This document shows positions 48,703 to 59,292 of a DNA stretch of 64,000 nt, in pieces. The stretch is from contig JAXGYC010000008.1 of NCBI GenBank assembly GCA_040772485.1, forward strand, positions 320,001 to 384,000, read 5' to 3'. Origin of the DNA: Sedimentisphaerales bacterium. Its GTDB lineage: Bacteria > Planctomycetota > Phycisphaerae > Sedimentisphaerales > Anaerobacaceae. The notes below the pieces were generated by a model that had not been told where the DNA came from, ran no database searches, and was given only the letters and a program-made list of their open reading frames with translations. Positions within the stretch are counted from its first letter, which is position 1; every line of letters starts with the position of its first letter. Both the position numbers and the translations under genes were made by a program.

Positions 48703-48739
48703 CGCGTATCTCGTATCTCGTTGCTCGTATCTCGCAATG

Positions 48740-48763
48740 GTAGGGGCGAGGCATGCCTCGCCC
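48740..48763 (+). repeat. GTAG REP
   Basis: gtaggggcgaggcatgcctcgccc. Confidence 0.85.
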
Positions 48764-48868
48764 TTACGGCACGAGTGCTTCGCAGCGACCACGGCCCGAA
48801 TCCGCGCTGCCGGGCGATGACATCGGGGCACGAAAGCACGCGATTTTGTTAATCCGGGCGGAAAAGAC

Positions 48869-48896
48869 TGGACAAATCGGCCGGTTGTCGTATACT
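48869..48896 (+). promoter_or_regulatory. Possible sigma70 promoter for the lipoprotein pair
   Basis: TGGACA-16 bp-TATACT. Confidence 0.45.
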
Positions 48897-49000
48897 ACAG
48901 TCACGTTTTGGTGGCTGCGTCGGTTTTTGCGGCTTGGAGGCCGTTCGGAAGCCGGAGCAGGGGATCGATGAACCGAATAACTCTATAAGGAGGTAGGGTT

Positions 49001-49615
49001 ATGTGCGTTCACGCACGCCGTTTGGTCATGCCGTTTCTACTTGCTGCACTGTTTCTACCCTCATTTCTCGCCGGCTGTCGGTGCAAGGACTGCGAGGGCG
49101 CCAAGTGCGTGCCGCGAAGCCCGTGGCAATCGCCGACGATCCAGGTGACGCGGTCTCTGTTGCTGGTCAACACAGCGGAGCTGCGGATCCTCTACATCGA
49201 CGGGCACGACGCCACCCCGACGTGCGTCAGCGTCCAGGGCGTAGAGGAGTACCATCTGCTTCCCGGCTGGCACACGTTGACCGCTGTGTTCCGCTATGCC
49301 GCGCCGCCCAGCGAGGGGGTGCTCGCCGACGTCCAGGGCCAGGCCCTGACGCTGGAGCACGAGTTCCTGGCCGAGCACGAGTACGTGGCGGTCTATCGCG
49401 AGCACGAAGGGACCGCGCCCAAGGGCCAGATGGGCGTCGCGGAGGTGGCGACCAACGTCCTGAACCCGCCGCCGGAATTGTACTGGACGCTCGACATCGT
49501 CGACGTCGGCGAAGCCAGTGCCGAGCCGGAGGTGGCCGAGGCGCGAAGCTACCTGTCCTGGGTGCGGGAGCCACGCGGCACCGCCAAGCAGCCCGACGCA
49601 TCCAACGCCTATTAG
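49001..49615 (+). CDS. Lipoprotein, hypothetical (copy 1)
   Basis: LAGC lipobox; AAGGAGG RBS. Confidence 0.8.
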   Translation: MCVHARRLVMPFLLAALFLPSFLAGCRCKDCEGAKCVPRSPWQSPTIQVTRSLLLVNTAELRILYIDGHDATPTCVSVQGVEEYHLLPGWHTLTAVFRYAAPPSEGVLADVQGQALTLEHEFLAEHEYVAVYREHEGTAPKGQMGVAEVATNVLNPPPELYWTLDIVDVGEASAEPEVAEARSYLSWVREPRGTAKQPDASNAY

Positions 49616-49693
49616 CGACGAGGCGGTCGCCTCGGTCTACGCGCGTCAGTGCGCCATCGACGGAACGAGGTAACTCTATAAGGAGGTAGGGTT

Positions 49694-50305
49694 ATGCGCG
49701 TTCGAGCCCTTTGTGTGACGAGCGCGTGCCTGCGCATCGGATCGCTCATCGCCATATCGGTATCGGGTTGCAGCCGGCAATGTGGCGGCCCATGTACGCC
49801 GCAAAGCCCCTGGCAGTCGCCCACGATCCAGGCAACGCGCTCGCTGCTGCTGGTCAACACGGCGGAGTTGAGAATCCTCCGCATTGACGGCCGCAACGCC
49901 CGCGCGTCGTGCATCGGCCGAGGCGGCGTCCGCGAGTACCACATTCGCCCGGGCGAGCATGAGCTGACCGCGTCGTTTCACTACGCCGCGCCCGTCGGCG
50001 CCGGGCTGATCGGCGAGGCGTATGGCCGCCCGCTCAAACTCACGCACGTCTTCCAACCGGGACATGAATACGTCGCAATCTACCGAGAGCATCCGTATCC
50101 GACGGTGCAGGCTGCCACAGTCGCGCAGGCGGTAGCCGGAACGGTCCTGCAACCTTGCGAGGGGACTTGGTCGCTGCGAATCGTCGATCTGGCCGATGCC
50201 GAAGCGGACAGCGAGCGAGAAGCGCAACAGGTCCGAATCTACGGCGCGCTGATCGGCGCATCGGCCCGCGTCGCAGACCAGGGCGCGTCACCGAGCATTT
50301 ACTGA
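49694..50305 (+). CDS. Lipoprotein, hypothetical (copy 2, tandem paralogue)
   Basis: VSGC lipobox; shares SPWQSPTIQ.TRSLLLVNTAELRIL.IDG and HEYVA.YREH with copy 1. Confidence 0.8.
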   Translation: MRVRALCVTSACLRIGSLIAISVSGCSRQCGGPCTPQSPWQSPTIQATRSLLLVNTAELRILRIDGRNARASCIGRGGVREYHIRPGEHELTASFHYAAPVGAGLIGEAYGRPLKLTHVFQPGHEYVAIYREHPYPTVQAATVAQAVAGTVLQPCEGTWSLRIVDLADAEADSEREAQQVRIYGALIGASARVADQGASPSIY

Positions 50306-50818
50306 CCGGCGCATCCGCAGGAGGACCGCCGCACCGAACGCGAGAAACGCCATGGTCGCCGGCTCGGGGATCGGCTGGACCTTCTCCCGGACGCACCGGA
50401 CGGGCACCGGCAGCCAGAACACATCGGGCCAGGACCCGTGACCCCATCGCCATCCGCAGTCGCATGGCCCGCCCAACAGGTTGTACTGCGTCACATCGAG
50501 GAACCGATAGCGCTGCCGGTCGAGATATGCGTACCACCATTGGTCCAGTTCATCCCCGGCTGAGTCGATCGCGACGGCACAGCCCGTACCCCCCACCGAC
50601 AGAGTACAAGTGAGACTCTCCGCCGCCGGGTCTTCAGGCGAATCCAGCCAGGCGGACCGCCAATGGAAAAGGAAGTCATCCGAAACGTAGCTCCTCCGCC
50701 CGCACGGTACGACTTGCTCCGGCCGCTCGAACGTCTCGATATCGACGCCACACAACTCAGCGCGGCCGGCGCCCCCTGCCGCGACCGCGATGAAGACAAC
50801 GACCGTTATCCTCCACAT
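50288..50818 (-). CDS. PEP-CTERM sorting domain protein
   Basis: AAGGAGG RBS; signal peptide; C-terminal IPEPATMAFLAFGAAVLLRMRR. Confidence 0.8.
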   Translation of the reverse strand: MWRITVVVFIAVAAGGAGRAELCGVDIETFERPEQVVPCGRRSYVSDDFLFHWRSAWLDSPEDPAAESLTCTLSVGGTGCAVAIDSAGDELDQWWYAYLDRQRYRFLDVTQYNLLGGPCDCGWRWGHGSWPDVFWLPVPVRCVREKVQPIPEPATMAFLAFGAAVLLRMRRSVNAR

Positions 50819-50871
50819 CCGCGTCCTCCTTGACACGCCACTGCCTACCTTCCGTGGATCGCTTGTCGTAA

Positions 50872-50895
50872 GGGCGACGCATGCGTCGCCCCTAC
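50872..50895 (-). repeat. GTAG REP
   Basis: gggcgacgcatgcgtcgcccctac. Confidence 0.85.
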
Positions 50896-50913
50896 CGCCT
50901 TGTGGCAAGCTAC

Positions 50914-51597
50914 CTATAGCGTCAGGCGGCGTTTGCACTCGTCGAGGATCTCGGCGGTGCGCGTGGCGCCGACGCGCGTGACGCCGATCGCGCGGACCTC
51001 CAGCAGCTTGTCCAGATCGCGGACGCCTCCGGCGGCCTTGACCTGCACACGAGGGGGGCAGTGGGCCCTCATCAGTTTCAGGTCCTCGATCGTCGCGCCG
51101 CCCGTGCCGTAGCCGGTCGAGGTCTTGACCCAGTCGGCGCCGAGCGCGGCGCAGATCTCGCAGAGCCGGACCTTCTGATCGTCGTTCAGATAACAGTTCT
51201 CGAAGATGACCTTGACCTTCTGTCCGTGCTTGTGAGTCAGGTCGATCACCGCGCCGAGATCGCTGCGGACATAGTCCCAGTCGCCACTGAGGACCTTGCT
51301 GATGTTGACGACCATGTCCAGTTCGTGGCCGCCGTCGCGAAGGGCCTGTTCTGCTTCCGCCGCCTTGATCGCGGTGGTGTGCCCGCCGTGTGGAAAGCCG
51401 ATCGTCGTGCTGGCCGCGACCGTGCTGTTCTTGAGGATCTCCGCACACCGCTTGAGGTAGTAAGGCAGGATGCAGACGCTGGCGACGTCGTACTCGACGG
51501 CCAGCCGGCACCCCTGTTCGAGCTGTTGATCCGTCAGCGTCGGGTTCAGCAGAGAATGGTCGATCATCTTGGCGATATCGCTGTATGTGTAATCCAT
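50914..51597 (-). CDS. deoC: Deoxyribose-phosphate aldolase
   Basis: IDHSLL, IGFPHG, ELDMV, KVIFE, VKTSTG, KAAGGVR. Confidence 0.95.
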   Translation of the reverse strand: MDYTYSDIAKMIDHSLLNPTLTDQQLEQGCRLAVEYDVASVCILPYYLKRCAEILKNSTVAASTTIGFPHGGHTTAIKAAEAEQALRDGGHELDMVVNISKVLSGDWDYVRSDLGAVIDLTHKHGQKVKVIFENCYLNDDQKVRLCEICAALGADWVKTSTGYGTGGATIEDLKLMRAHCPPRVQVKAAGGVRDLDKLLEVRAIGVTRVGATRTAEILDECKRRLTL

Positions 51598-51654
51598 GGT
51601 GGCTCCTGATTGCGCTTCTCTGTGACGGACGACTTCTTCGATACCTGCTCAAGA

Positions 51655-52569
51655 TTACGCGATGAACTGGCGAAGGAAACGTGCGCTCTGGCGCAAAGCC
51701 GCCTTGCGCATCTCCAGCGACCCCTCGTAAGCCCGGTCCTCGACCTCGACGCAGACCGGCCCGTCGTAACCAGTCTCGCCCAGCACCGAGCAGAACCGTC
51801 CCCAGTCGACCTCGCCCAGTCCCGGCAGCTTCGGGCTGTGGTATTGCAGCGGCGTCGCGAGAATGCCGACGTCGTCCAGACGGTCGCGGTCCAGGCGGAC
51901 GTCCTTGGCATGCACGTGGAAGAGGCGATCCTTGAACTCCCACAACGGCTTGATGTAATCCATTTGCTGCCAGATCATGTGCGATGGATCGTAGTTGAGC
52001 CCGAAGTGTTTTGACGGAATCTCTTCGAACATCCGGCGCCAGATGCGAGGGCTGTGGGCGAGGTTCTTGCCGCCCGGCCATTCGTCATTCGTAAACAGCA
52101 TCGGGCAGTTCTCGATGCCGATGCGCACACCATGACCTTCCGCGAATTTCACCAGCGGCGCCCAGACCTTTTTGAATCGGCGCCAGTTCTCCTCGACCGA
52201 TTTCGTCCAGTCCCGCCCGATGAAGGTCGTGACCTGGCCGACGCCCAGAACCGCCGCCGCGGCGATGACCTTCTTGAAATGGGCTGTCACCGCCTTGGCC
52301 TCGTCCACCTTGGGTGTCAGGTAGTTGGGGTAGTAACCGAGCGAGCTGATACTCACTGCCGCGTCCTTCAGGACCGCGCGAATCTTCTGGGCATCGGACA
52401 ACTTGAAACCGGCCACGTCCACGTGAGTCACGCCCGCGTACCGGCGCTCCGCCCTGCCCTTCGGCCAGCACATCAGCTCCACACAGGAATACCCGGTCTC
52501 CGACGCGAACTGAATCACTTCCTCCAGCGGCAGATCGGGCAGAATCGCACTGACGAATCCAAGCTTCAT
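51655..52569 (-). CDS. Sugar phosphate isomerase/epimerase (AP endonuclease 2 TIM barrel)
   Basis: [31 protein letters not shown]. Confidence 0.9.
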   Translation of the reverse strand: MKLGFVSAILPDLPLEEVIQFASETGYSCVELMCWPKGRAERRYAGVTHVDVAGFKLSDAQKIRAVLKDAAVSISSLGYYPNYLTPKVDEAKAVTAHFKKVIAAAAVLGVGQVTTFIGRDWTKSVEENWRRFKKVWAPLVKFAEGHGVRIGIENCPMLFTNDEWPGGKNLAHSPRIWRRMFEEIPSKHFGLNYDPSHMIWQQMDYIKPLWEFKDRLFHVHAKDVRLDRDRLDDVGILATPLQYHSPKLPGLGEVDWGRFCSVLGETGYDGPVCVEVEDRAYEGSLEMRKAALRQSARFLRQFIA

Positions 52570-53729
52570 GAACGCTCTCCTTTCAACTCGACCCATCGCT
52601 GCTCCCGATGGCTCCGCAGTATGGCCTCGCACAGCAGGATCTCACGATGGCCGTCGGCAAACGTGGGGAAGGTCGGCGGTGCCGTGAAGTCCCCCGCTTC
52701 GATGTATTCATAGAACGCGCGGAAGCACTGCTTGAATGTGTCGGGGAACCCCTCGTTGTGTCCGCCCGGGTAATTGACGAAGTGCCGTGCCCGCTCGCCG
52801 AGCAACGCCGGATCGCGGATCAGATTCTCGTTGGGCCGCTCGCGGTGACCCACCCACAGCTCGTTGGGCCGCTCACTGCACCACGCCAGGGCAGACTTCG
52901 AGCCGGCGATTTCGTATCGCAGGCAGTTCTTGCGGCCGGCAGTGACCTGGGAGACCTCCAGACAGCCGCGAACACCGCTCTTGAAGCGAATCAGCACGGC
53001 TCCGTAGTCTTCTGTGGCGATGTCTACCGGCTCGGTCCTCGCCGGTCCGCCTGCCTCCTTGCCCTTGAACGTCTCGACCTCTCCGAGCGGGCGCTGTCGG
53101 ACGGGATGAACCGTCGACAGGTCCGCACAAACCGCCTCGACTTCGAGGCCCGTAATGGCATGCACCAGGTCCAGCCAGTGCGTGCCGATGTCCGCAATCG
53201 CCCGCAGCTCGCCCCCCTCTTTCGCCAGAACCCGCCAGTTGTAGTCCGTAGGATAGAGCAGCCAGTCCTGCACGTAGCTGCCGCAGACGGAGTAGACGTC
53301 GCCCAGGTCGCCGCGTCGAACGATGTCCGCCACCTCCAGACACAGCGGATAGTAGCGGATGTTGTAGTTGACTCCCGCCGCCAGACCGCTCATGCGGGCC
53401 AGCTCGACCAGCTCGCGCGACTCTGTCGAATTCATGGCCAGAGGCTTCTCGCACAGCACGTGCTTGCCCGCCTCCAGAGCCGCTTTGGCCATGGGATAGT
53501 GCAAGCGATTCGGCGTGGCGATGTGCACGACCTGCACCGTGTGGTCGTCGAGCACTTCGTCGAAGCTGCGATACGCCTTCAGCAGGCCCATCTTGCCGGC
53601 GGCCGCCTTGGATTCCTGATCGGAGACCCCGAGAATCCCCGTGACCTTGACGCCGATTCGCCCAAGGGCCTCGACGTGTACCGGGCCGATGAACCCGGCC
53701 CCGACGACTGCCGCACGTATCTCTGGCAT
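52566..53729 (-). CDS. Gfo/Idh/MocA family oxidoreductase
   Basis: GAGFIG, ATPNRLH, CEKPL, DIGTHW. Confidence 0.92.
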   Translation of the reverse strand: MPEIRAAVVGAGFIGPVHVEALGRIGVKVTGILGVSDQESKAAAGKMGLLKAYRSFDEVLDDHTVQVVHIATPNRLHYPMAKAALEAGKHVLCEKPLAMNSTESRELVELARMSGLAAGVNYNIRYYPLCLEVADIVRRGDLGDVYSVCGSYVQDWLLYPTDYNWRVLAKEGGELRAIADIGTHWLDLVHAITGLEVEAVCADLSTVHPVRQRPLGEVETFKGKEAGGPARTEPVDIATEDYGAVLIRFKSGVRGCLEVSQVTAGRKNCLRYEIAGSKSALAWCSERPNELWVGHRERPNENLIRDPALLGERARHFVNYPGGHNEGFPDTFKQCFRAFYEYIEAGDFTAPPTFPTFADGHREILLCEAILRSHREQRWVELKGERS

Positions 53730-53742
53730 GACTCCGCTCCTT

Positions 53743-54540
53743 TCAGCCACAGCAGGTGCAGTAGGTCCGGTCGGACTCCCAGACGCTGACGCTGTGCAGC
53801 CGCGCCGGATCGAACTTGCCCACCAGACGGCGCCATGCGAAGGCCGCCAGGTTCTCGACGGTCGGGATCGCCTCGCGGAATTCGTCGAGGTCGGCGTTGA
53901 GGTTCTTGTGGTCCAGCAGCGAGATCAACTCCGTCTCGATGGTCTGCTGGAACCGGCCCGTCTCGAAGCCCGCTGCGTCGGCGGGCATCGACACCGTGAC
54001 ATCGACGATGTAGTTGTGCCCGTGTCCGGTGGGGTGGGCGCATTTGCCGAAGACCTCGAAGTTGCGCTGCTCGCTGAAGGCGTCGTTCCAGAGCTTGTGC
54101 ATCGCCGCGAATTCGAACTTCTCGCTGAAGCGCAGTACGTGCGGCTCGTTGGCATCCATCGTCAGCTTCCTGTACGGATTGAGGTTGAGAATCAGCCGGT
54201 CCACCTCGGCAGCGCCGAACCGGCCCGTCAACTGCCGGCGCGCCTGCCCGAGCATTTGGGCGACAAGGTCCAGACCGATCGGACAGCCACGCCGATAGCG
54301 TTCGCGAACACCCTGCGCAAAGATGGGCACGGCGAACTGCCGCGCGACCCGGTCCATGTCCATCACGTTGACGACGAAGCCGGTGTCGGGCGCGACCGGA
54401 CCGACGAGCTCGATCGTCAATTCCAGGAACAGGGCCAGGCCCTCGCCGGCGGGTCTGGACGCGTAGGCGTTGGCGCCGGGATGGTCCTGATCCCGAAACG
54501 GATTGATCGAGAATCGGACCTGGCGAGCCAGCCGGACCAT
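53743..54540 (-). CDS. Tandem-domain 6-pyruvoyl-tetrahydropterin synthase family protein
   Basis: Second domain [37 protein letters not shown]; degenerate first domain. Confidence 0.88.
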   Translation of the reverse strand: MVRLARQVRFSINPFRDQDHPGANAYASRPAGEGLALFLELTIELVGPVAPDTGFVVNVMDMDRVARQFAVPIFAQGVRERYRRGCPIGLDLVAQMLGQARRQLTGRFGAAEVDRLILNLNPYRKLTMDANEPHVLRFSEKFEFAAMHKLWNDAFSEQRNFEVFGKCAHPTGHGHNYIVDVTVSMPADAAGFETGRFQQTIETELISLLDHKNLNADLDEFREAIPTVENLAAFAWRRLVGKFDPARLHSVSVWESDRTYCTCCG

Positions 54541-54551
54541 GAGAGGCCCCC

Positions 54552-55136
54552 TCACACCGTGCCCTGGTGCATCAGGCTCAGCACCTCGTTGCGGCTGCGG
54601 GCGTCGCGCTTGAAGATCCCGCGCAGCGCCGAGGTCACCATGAGCGAGCCGGGTTTCTTGATGCCACGAATCGTCATGCAACTGTGCGACGCCTGGAGCA
54701 CGACCGCCACGCCCTGCGGCTTGAGGTTCTGCATCAGGAAGTCGGCGATCTGGCCCGTCAACCGCTCCTGCGTGTGCAGGCGGTGCGCGTAGCAGTCGAC
54801 GATCCGCGCCAGCTTGCTGACGCCCAGCACCTTGCCCGTGGGCAGATACGCGACGTGAGCCTTGCCGATGAACGGCAGCAGATGGTGCTCGCAGAGCGAA
54901 TAGAAGGGAATGTCGCGCAGCAAGACGATCTCGTCGTACTCCTCTGTGAAGACGCTGCGAAGGTGCACGTTCGGGTCTTCGTACATCCCGCCGAGCAGTT
55001 CGGCGTACATCCGCGCCACGCGGTCCGGCGTCTTCTGGAGCCCTTCGCGATCCACGTCCTCGCCGACCGCCAGCAGGATCTCACGCACCGCCTTGCGGAT
55101 GCGCTCCTGGTCCACCTTCATCGCTTTCCTGGCCAT
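54552..55136 (-). CDS. folE: GTP cyclohydrolase I
   Basis: [36 protein letters not shown]. Confidence 0.97.
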   Translation of the reverse strand: MARKAMKVDQERIRKAVREILLAVGEDVDREGLQKTPDRVARMYAELLGGMYEDPNVHLRSVFTEEYDEIVLLRDIPFYSLCEHHLLPFIGKAHVAYLPTGKVLGVSKLARIVDCYAHRLHTQERLTGQIADFLMQNLKPQGVAVVLQASHSCMTIRGIKKPGSLMVTSALRGIFKRDARSRNEVLSLMHQGTV

Positions 55137-55161
55137 TGCCTCTTTCCATCCCAATCGTGGA

Positions 55162-55185
55162 GGGCGACGCATGCATCGCCCCTAC
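55162..55185 (-). repeat. GTAG REP overlapping the pepA stop codon
   Basis: gggcgacgcatgcatcgcccctac. Confidence 0.85.
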
Positions 55186-56714
55186 CGGGTCAGATTCATC
55201 AGATACGTCACGAGCAGGCGCACGCCGAAACCGGTCGAGCCGGCGCTGGCGTACTCGGTCGCCTTCTGGAGGATGTCCATCCCGGCGATGTCCAGGTGCG
55301 CCCACGTCGTCTCGCCGACGAACTGCCGCAGGAAGGCGGCGGCGGTGCAGGCGCCGCCCCATCGGCCGCCCGTGTTGCGCAGGTCGGCGATTTTGCTCTT
55401 CATCTCGTCGGCGTACTCATCGCCGCTGGGCAGGTGCCAGACGTTCTCGCCGCTGTCGTCGGCCGCCCGGCGGAGTTGCGCGATCAGGTCGTCGTCGTTG
55501 CCCATCAGGCCCGCCTTGTATGTGCCCAGCGCGACCATGCAGGCGCCGGTCAGCGTCGCGATGTCGATGATCGTCTCGAACTTCTTCCTGGCGGCATAGG
55601 CCAGCGCATCGCAGAGGATCATCCGCCCTTCCGCGTCGGTGTTCAGAATCTCGACCGTCTTGCCGCTGTACGTGGTGACGATGTCGCCGGGCCGATAGCT
55701 CGACCCGCTCGGCAGGTTCTCCGCCGACGGGATCAGGCCACACACATCCACCGGCAGACCTAGTTCGGCCACCGCCTTCATCGCCGCCAAAACCGCGATC
55801 CCGCCGCTCTTGTCCAGTTTCATCTGGTCCATGTCCGCCGACGGCTTGATGCTGATCCCGCCGGAATCGAACGTGATCGCCTTGCCCACCAGTGCCACGC
55901 GAGGCAGCCCCTTGGCGGGCTTCTTCGCGGGGGTGTACTGGAGAAGGATGAGCCGAGGCTCGCTCCTGGACCCGGCCCCGACGGCCAGAATCCCGCCCAT
56001 CTTCTTGGCCTTGAGCTGCCCGGCATCGAAGACGGTGCAACGAAGCCCCCTGGTTGCACGGGCCATTTCCATCGCCGCTTTCGCCAGGGCCGGCGGGTTG
56101 ATGACATTGCCCGGCCGGTTGGCGAGGGTTCTGGCGTAACTCTGAGCCCGGCCGACGACCGCGCCGGCGCCAAGCCCCTGGTTCAGCGACCTGAGCCGTC
56201 CGGCATCGGCGTCCACCACCTCGACCTTCAGCGTGCCGAGCCGCCCGTTCTGGCTCTCCGTCACGTACTCGTCGTAGCGATAGCTGCCGAAATAGGCGCC
56301 CTCGGCCGTCGCCTTACCCATCTCGGCGGTATCAAGCTTGCCTTGCGCCGCCTGGTGCAGGGCCAGCGACAGCGTCTGGAGCTTCATATTGACCGCCTGG
56401 TTGGCGGCGGTGGCGGCGGCCTTGCGAATCGTGTCGAGCGTCACCTTCTTCCGCTCGCCCAGACCGATCAGCATCACGCGCCGCGCCGGGATCTTGCCGT
56501 CGCCATAGACCAGCGCGCTGGTCCCGGCCTTGCCGGCGAAGTCGCCCAGCTTGGTCACTCGGCCGATCGCGCCGCCCAGTCTCTCGTCCAGCACCTTGAC
56601 GTCCTTGTCAACACCCGCCGCATCGGAAAATCGTCCCAGCACGAGCAGGTCTGTCTTGCACTGAGCCAACCCGACCTTCCGCGTCTTGATATCCACCGCA
56701 ATGATTTGCTTCAT
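55182..56714 (-). CDS. pepA: Leucyl aminopeptidase (M17)
   Basis: VGKAITFDSGG, MKLDK, NTDAEGR, ATLTGA, HLDIAG. Confidence 0.96.
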   Translation of the reverse strand: MKQIIAVDIKTRKVGLAQCKTDLLVLGRFSDAAGVDKDVKVLDERLGGAIGRVTKLGDFAGKAGTSALVYGDGKIPARRVMLIGLGERKKVTLDTIRKAAATAANQAVNMKLQTLSLALHQAAQGKLDTAEMGKATAEGAYFGSYRYDEYVTESQNGRLGTLKVEVVDADAGRLRSLNQGLGAGAVVGRAQSYARTLANRPGNVINPPALAKAAMEMARATRGLRCTVFDAGQLKAKKMGGILAVGAGSRSEPRLILLQYTPAKKPAKGLPRVALVGKAITFDSGGISIKPSADMDQMKLDKSGGIAVLAAMKAVAELGLPVDVCGLIPSAENLPSGSSYRPGDIVTTYSGKTVEILNTDAEGRMILCDALAYAARKKFETIIDIATLTGACMVALGTYKAGLMGNDDDLIAQLRRAADDSGENVWHLPSGDEYADEMKSKIADLRNTGGRWGGACTAAAFLRQFVGETTWAHLDIAGMDILQKATEYASAGSTGFGVRLLVTYLMNLTR

Positions 56715-56737
56715 CAGTCTCTCACCGTATCAGGAGC

Positions 56738-56789
56738 TTTCCATTTTGCTCTTTGCTTTTTGATTTTTGGTTTTTGATTCTTGATTTTC
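56738..56789. repeat. Degenerate heptamer tandem repeat (TTTTGAT/TTTTGCT)
   Basis: ttttgct ctttgct ttttgat ttttggt ttttgat tcttgat. Confidence 0.7.
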
Positions 56790-57909
56790 CTACGCGCTCT
56801 TGGCCTTGTCCTTGGCCCGATAGTGCAGGTAGCTCTCGATGAACGCATCGAGGTCGCCGTCCAGCACGGCGTCCACGTTGCCCGTCTGGTAGTCCGTGCG
56901 ATGGTCTTTGACCATCTGATACGGCTGCAAGACGTAGCTGCGGATCTGGTTGCCCCAGGCGATCTCGCCCTTGTCGCCGTACAGCTTGGCCACCTCCGCG
57001 TCGCGCTTCTGCTGTTCGAGCATGTAGAGCCGGCTCTTGAGCACCGCCATGGCCCGCGCCTTGTTCTTATGCTGGCTGCGCTCGTTCTGGCACTGCACGA
57101 CCAGGCCGGTCGGCAGGTGCGTGATGCGGACCGCCGAGCTGACCTTGTTGACGTGCTGGCCGCCCGCGCCGCCGGCGCGATAGGTGTCGATGCGAAGATC
57201 GTCCTCGTTGATCTCGACCTCGATATCGTCCTCGAACTCGGGCAGGCAGTCGACCGCCGCGAAGCTGGTGTGCCGGCGCTTCTGCGAATCGAACGGACTG
57301 ATGCGCACGAGCCGATGCACGCCGACCTCGCACGAGAGCTTGCCGAACGCGAACGGGCCGATCACCCGCAGCGTCACCGAGCGGACTCCGGCCTCTTCGC
57401 CGGGCACGAGGTCCAGCTCTTCATACTTGAACCGGCTGGCGTCGAAGTAATGCGTGTACATCCGCAGCAGCATGTTGGCCCAGTCGCAGCTCTCCGTGCC
57501 CCCTGCTCCGGCGTGAATGCTCAGGAAGCAGTTCTTCGTGTCCTCGGGACGCGACAGCAGGCCCGCCAGCTCGATCCGCTCGCAGCGATGCACCAGCGAA
57601 TCGAGGTCCTCCTCCAACTGCTCCATTTCGTCGCTGTCGCCTTCCTCGGCCGCCAGTTGATACAGCTCGCCCAGGTCCGCCACCTCCTTCTGCAACTCCT
57701 CGACCGGCTCGACCACCGCCTTCAGCGCGCTGAGCTGGCTGGTCACCCGCTGCGCGGCTTCCTGGTTGTCCCAGAAGCCCTGGCGAGACATCTGCTGTGT
57801 CAACTGGTCCAGTTGCGCCCTCTTGCCGGGCAAGTCAAAGCCAGTCCCGAATCTTTACGACTCGGGCCTCGAGGTCGCCGATCGCGCCCTTCAGTTCCGC
57901 TATCTCCAT
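56790..57909 (-). CDS. prfB: Peptide chain release factor 2 with programmed +1 frameshift
   Basis: ORF0 MEIAELK...IRDWL ends CTT TGA C (57840-57834); +1 frame has SPF and GGQ motifs. Confidence 0.97.
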
Positions 57910-58143
57910 AAAACCTCCCAACAGGTCTTCTCAAATTGCAGGAGCATCGCACCCGCAAACGATTCCGAAATCCACAATCTGCAATCCGCGATTTAATAAA
58001 GCCTTATACCACACTCGCCCCCCAAGTACAACGAATCCCCCGCCGCCTACGCCGTCCAGCCTTTGCAGGTTCAATGTGCGGGCATATCATGAGGTGTGAA
58101 GCTGTGCGACAGTACGTGCAGACAGGGGCTCAATTCGCCGATT

Positions 58144-58737
58144 CTACGGCGTTGGGCTTTGTTGTTCCTGCTGTGCGGAGCGCAGCGTTTGGAGGTAGGA
58201 TCTGAACTCCGGCGTGAAGACCTCCCTGCCCTGCTGCTTCTCGATCTCGTCTGTGAGCAGCCAGGCCTGCTGCCGGGCGCGGTCAGGGTCGCCTGATTGG
58301 AGGGCCGCCATGAATCTGCCCAGAACCACTCGGCGATCGCCGTCCGCCATTTCCATCAGATCCAGCCGCATCACCAACGCCATGGCTTCGGCACGCACAC
58401 TGCCATAGCTATACTCGACAAAGATACCCCTCACCAAACGACTCTCGTCGGCGCGTTTCCAGATCGGTATGGAGGGCGTCTGGATGCCCAATCTCCGAAG
58501 CTCACGCGATAGTGCAGACTCCTCGGTCCTCTCCCTGACTCGCACCGACAACACATGCACCTGGTGTCGGAGCATACCGCTATTGATATCGAGGTCGGTC
58601 GACCGCAGAAACACCCACGACTGGCCCAACAGAGGCCAAATACCCAGCCCGAGCAGCAGCAGCACAGCCGCCACCAACAGCCTGGTGGTTGTTGATTTGA
58701 TCCACCTCTGTGCCATATTCACGCTCGCCTGTTTCAT
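58144..58737 (-). CDS. Hypothetical membrane-anchored protein
   Basis: GGAGG RBS; N-terminal TM (LLVAAVLLLLGLGIW). Confidence 0.6.
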   Translation of the reverse strand: MKQASVNMAQRWIKSTTTRLLVAAVLLLLGLGIWPLLGQSWVFLRSTDLDINSGMLRHQVHVLSVRVRERTEESALSRELRRLGIQTPSIPIWKRADESRLVRGIFVEYSYGSVRAEAMALVMRLDLMEMADGDRRVVLGRFMAALQSGDPDRARQQAWLLTDEIEKQQGREVFTPEFRSYLQTLRSAQQEQQSPTP

Positions 58738-58777
58738 CACGTCCCTCCGCTTGTTGCGCAGGTGGCCATCCGCATGC

Positions 58778-59209
58778 TCAATCTGAACGCTCGAAGTAGA
58801 CCTCCGTATCACCGAAGGCAAAGATCTTGGCTGCTTCCTTGAGCGCAGCGGCCGCAAATCCGAGCGTTGCGTCGAGCCGTTCGACCCTCTGGAAAACGAC
58901 AACCGGCCTGACAAGGCCGGTCAACCGGTTCACGCGGTAGAGCAGTTGTACGCCGTACATGAGGAATGCGCTGAGGATCTGGATAAAATCCTCCTCCAGC
59001 TCGGGCGGCAGCGGTCCGAACAAAGGAATCGGCACGTGCTGGTCCGTCTCCCGCTCCAGGCTAAACTCGTAAGGTGGCACTGCCCCTTTGGCTCGTCGGA
59101 TGTATCCGCTCGTAGGGACACGATGCTCCCACTGCTTCCATCGAAATACGAAACACTCAGGCGAAACGTCGATCTCGATCCTTCTGGCCAGTCTCTTGAA
59201 TAGCCCCAC
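58778..59209 (-). CDS. Hypothetical protein
   Basis: AGGAGG RBS before GTG; 143 aa. Confidence 0.6.
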   Translation of the reverse strand: MGLFKRLARRIEIDVSPECFVFRWKQWEHRVPTSGYIRRAKGAVPPYEFSLERETDQHVPIPLFGPLPPELEEDFIQILSAFLMYGVQLLYRVNRLTGLVRPVVVFQRVERLDATLGFAAAALKEAAKIFAFGDTEVYFERSD

Positions 59210-59292
59210 ACGCCACCTCCTCTTGGATAGTCCGCACTGACGACGTCACCAGGATATACGCCATGGACCCGTGCAGTCAATCCCCATCCTCC

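Noticed and set aside
50288..52081. 597-aa ORF as one protein
   Set aside because: Its 5' part overlaps deoC and the epimerase in other frames; only 50288-50818 (own RBS, signal peptide, PEP-CTERM) is credible.
56790..57909. prfB as a pseudogene or truncated ORF
   Set aside because: The break is the conserved programmed CTT-TGA-C +1 frameshift.
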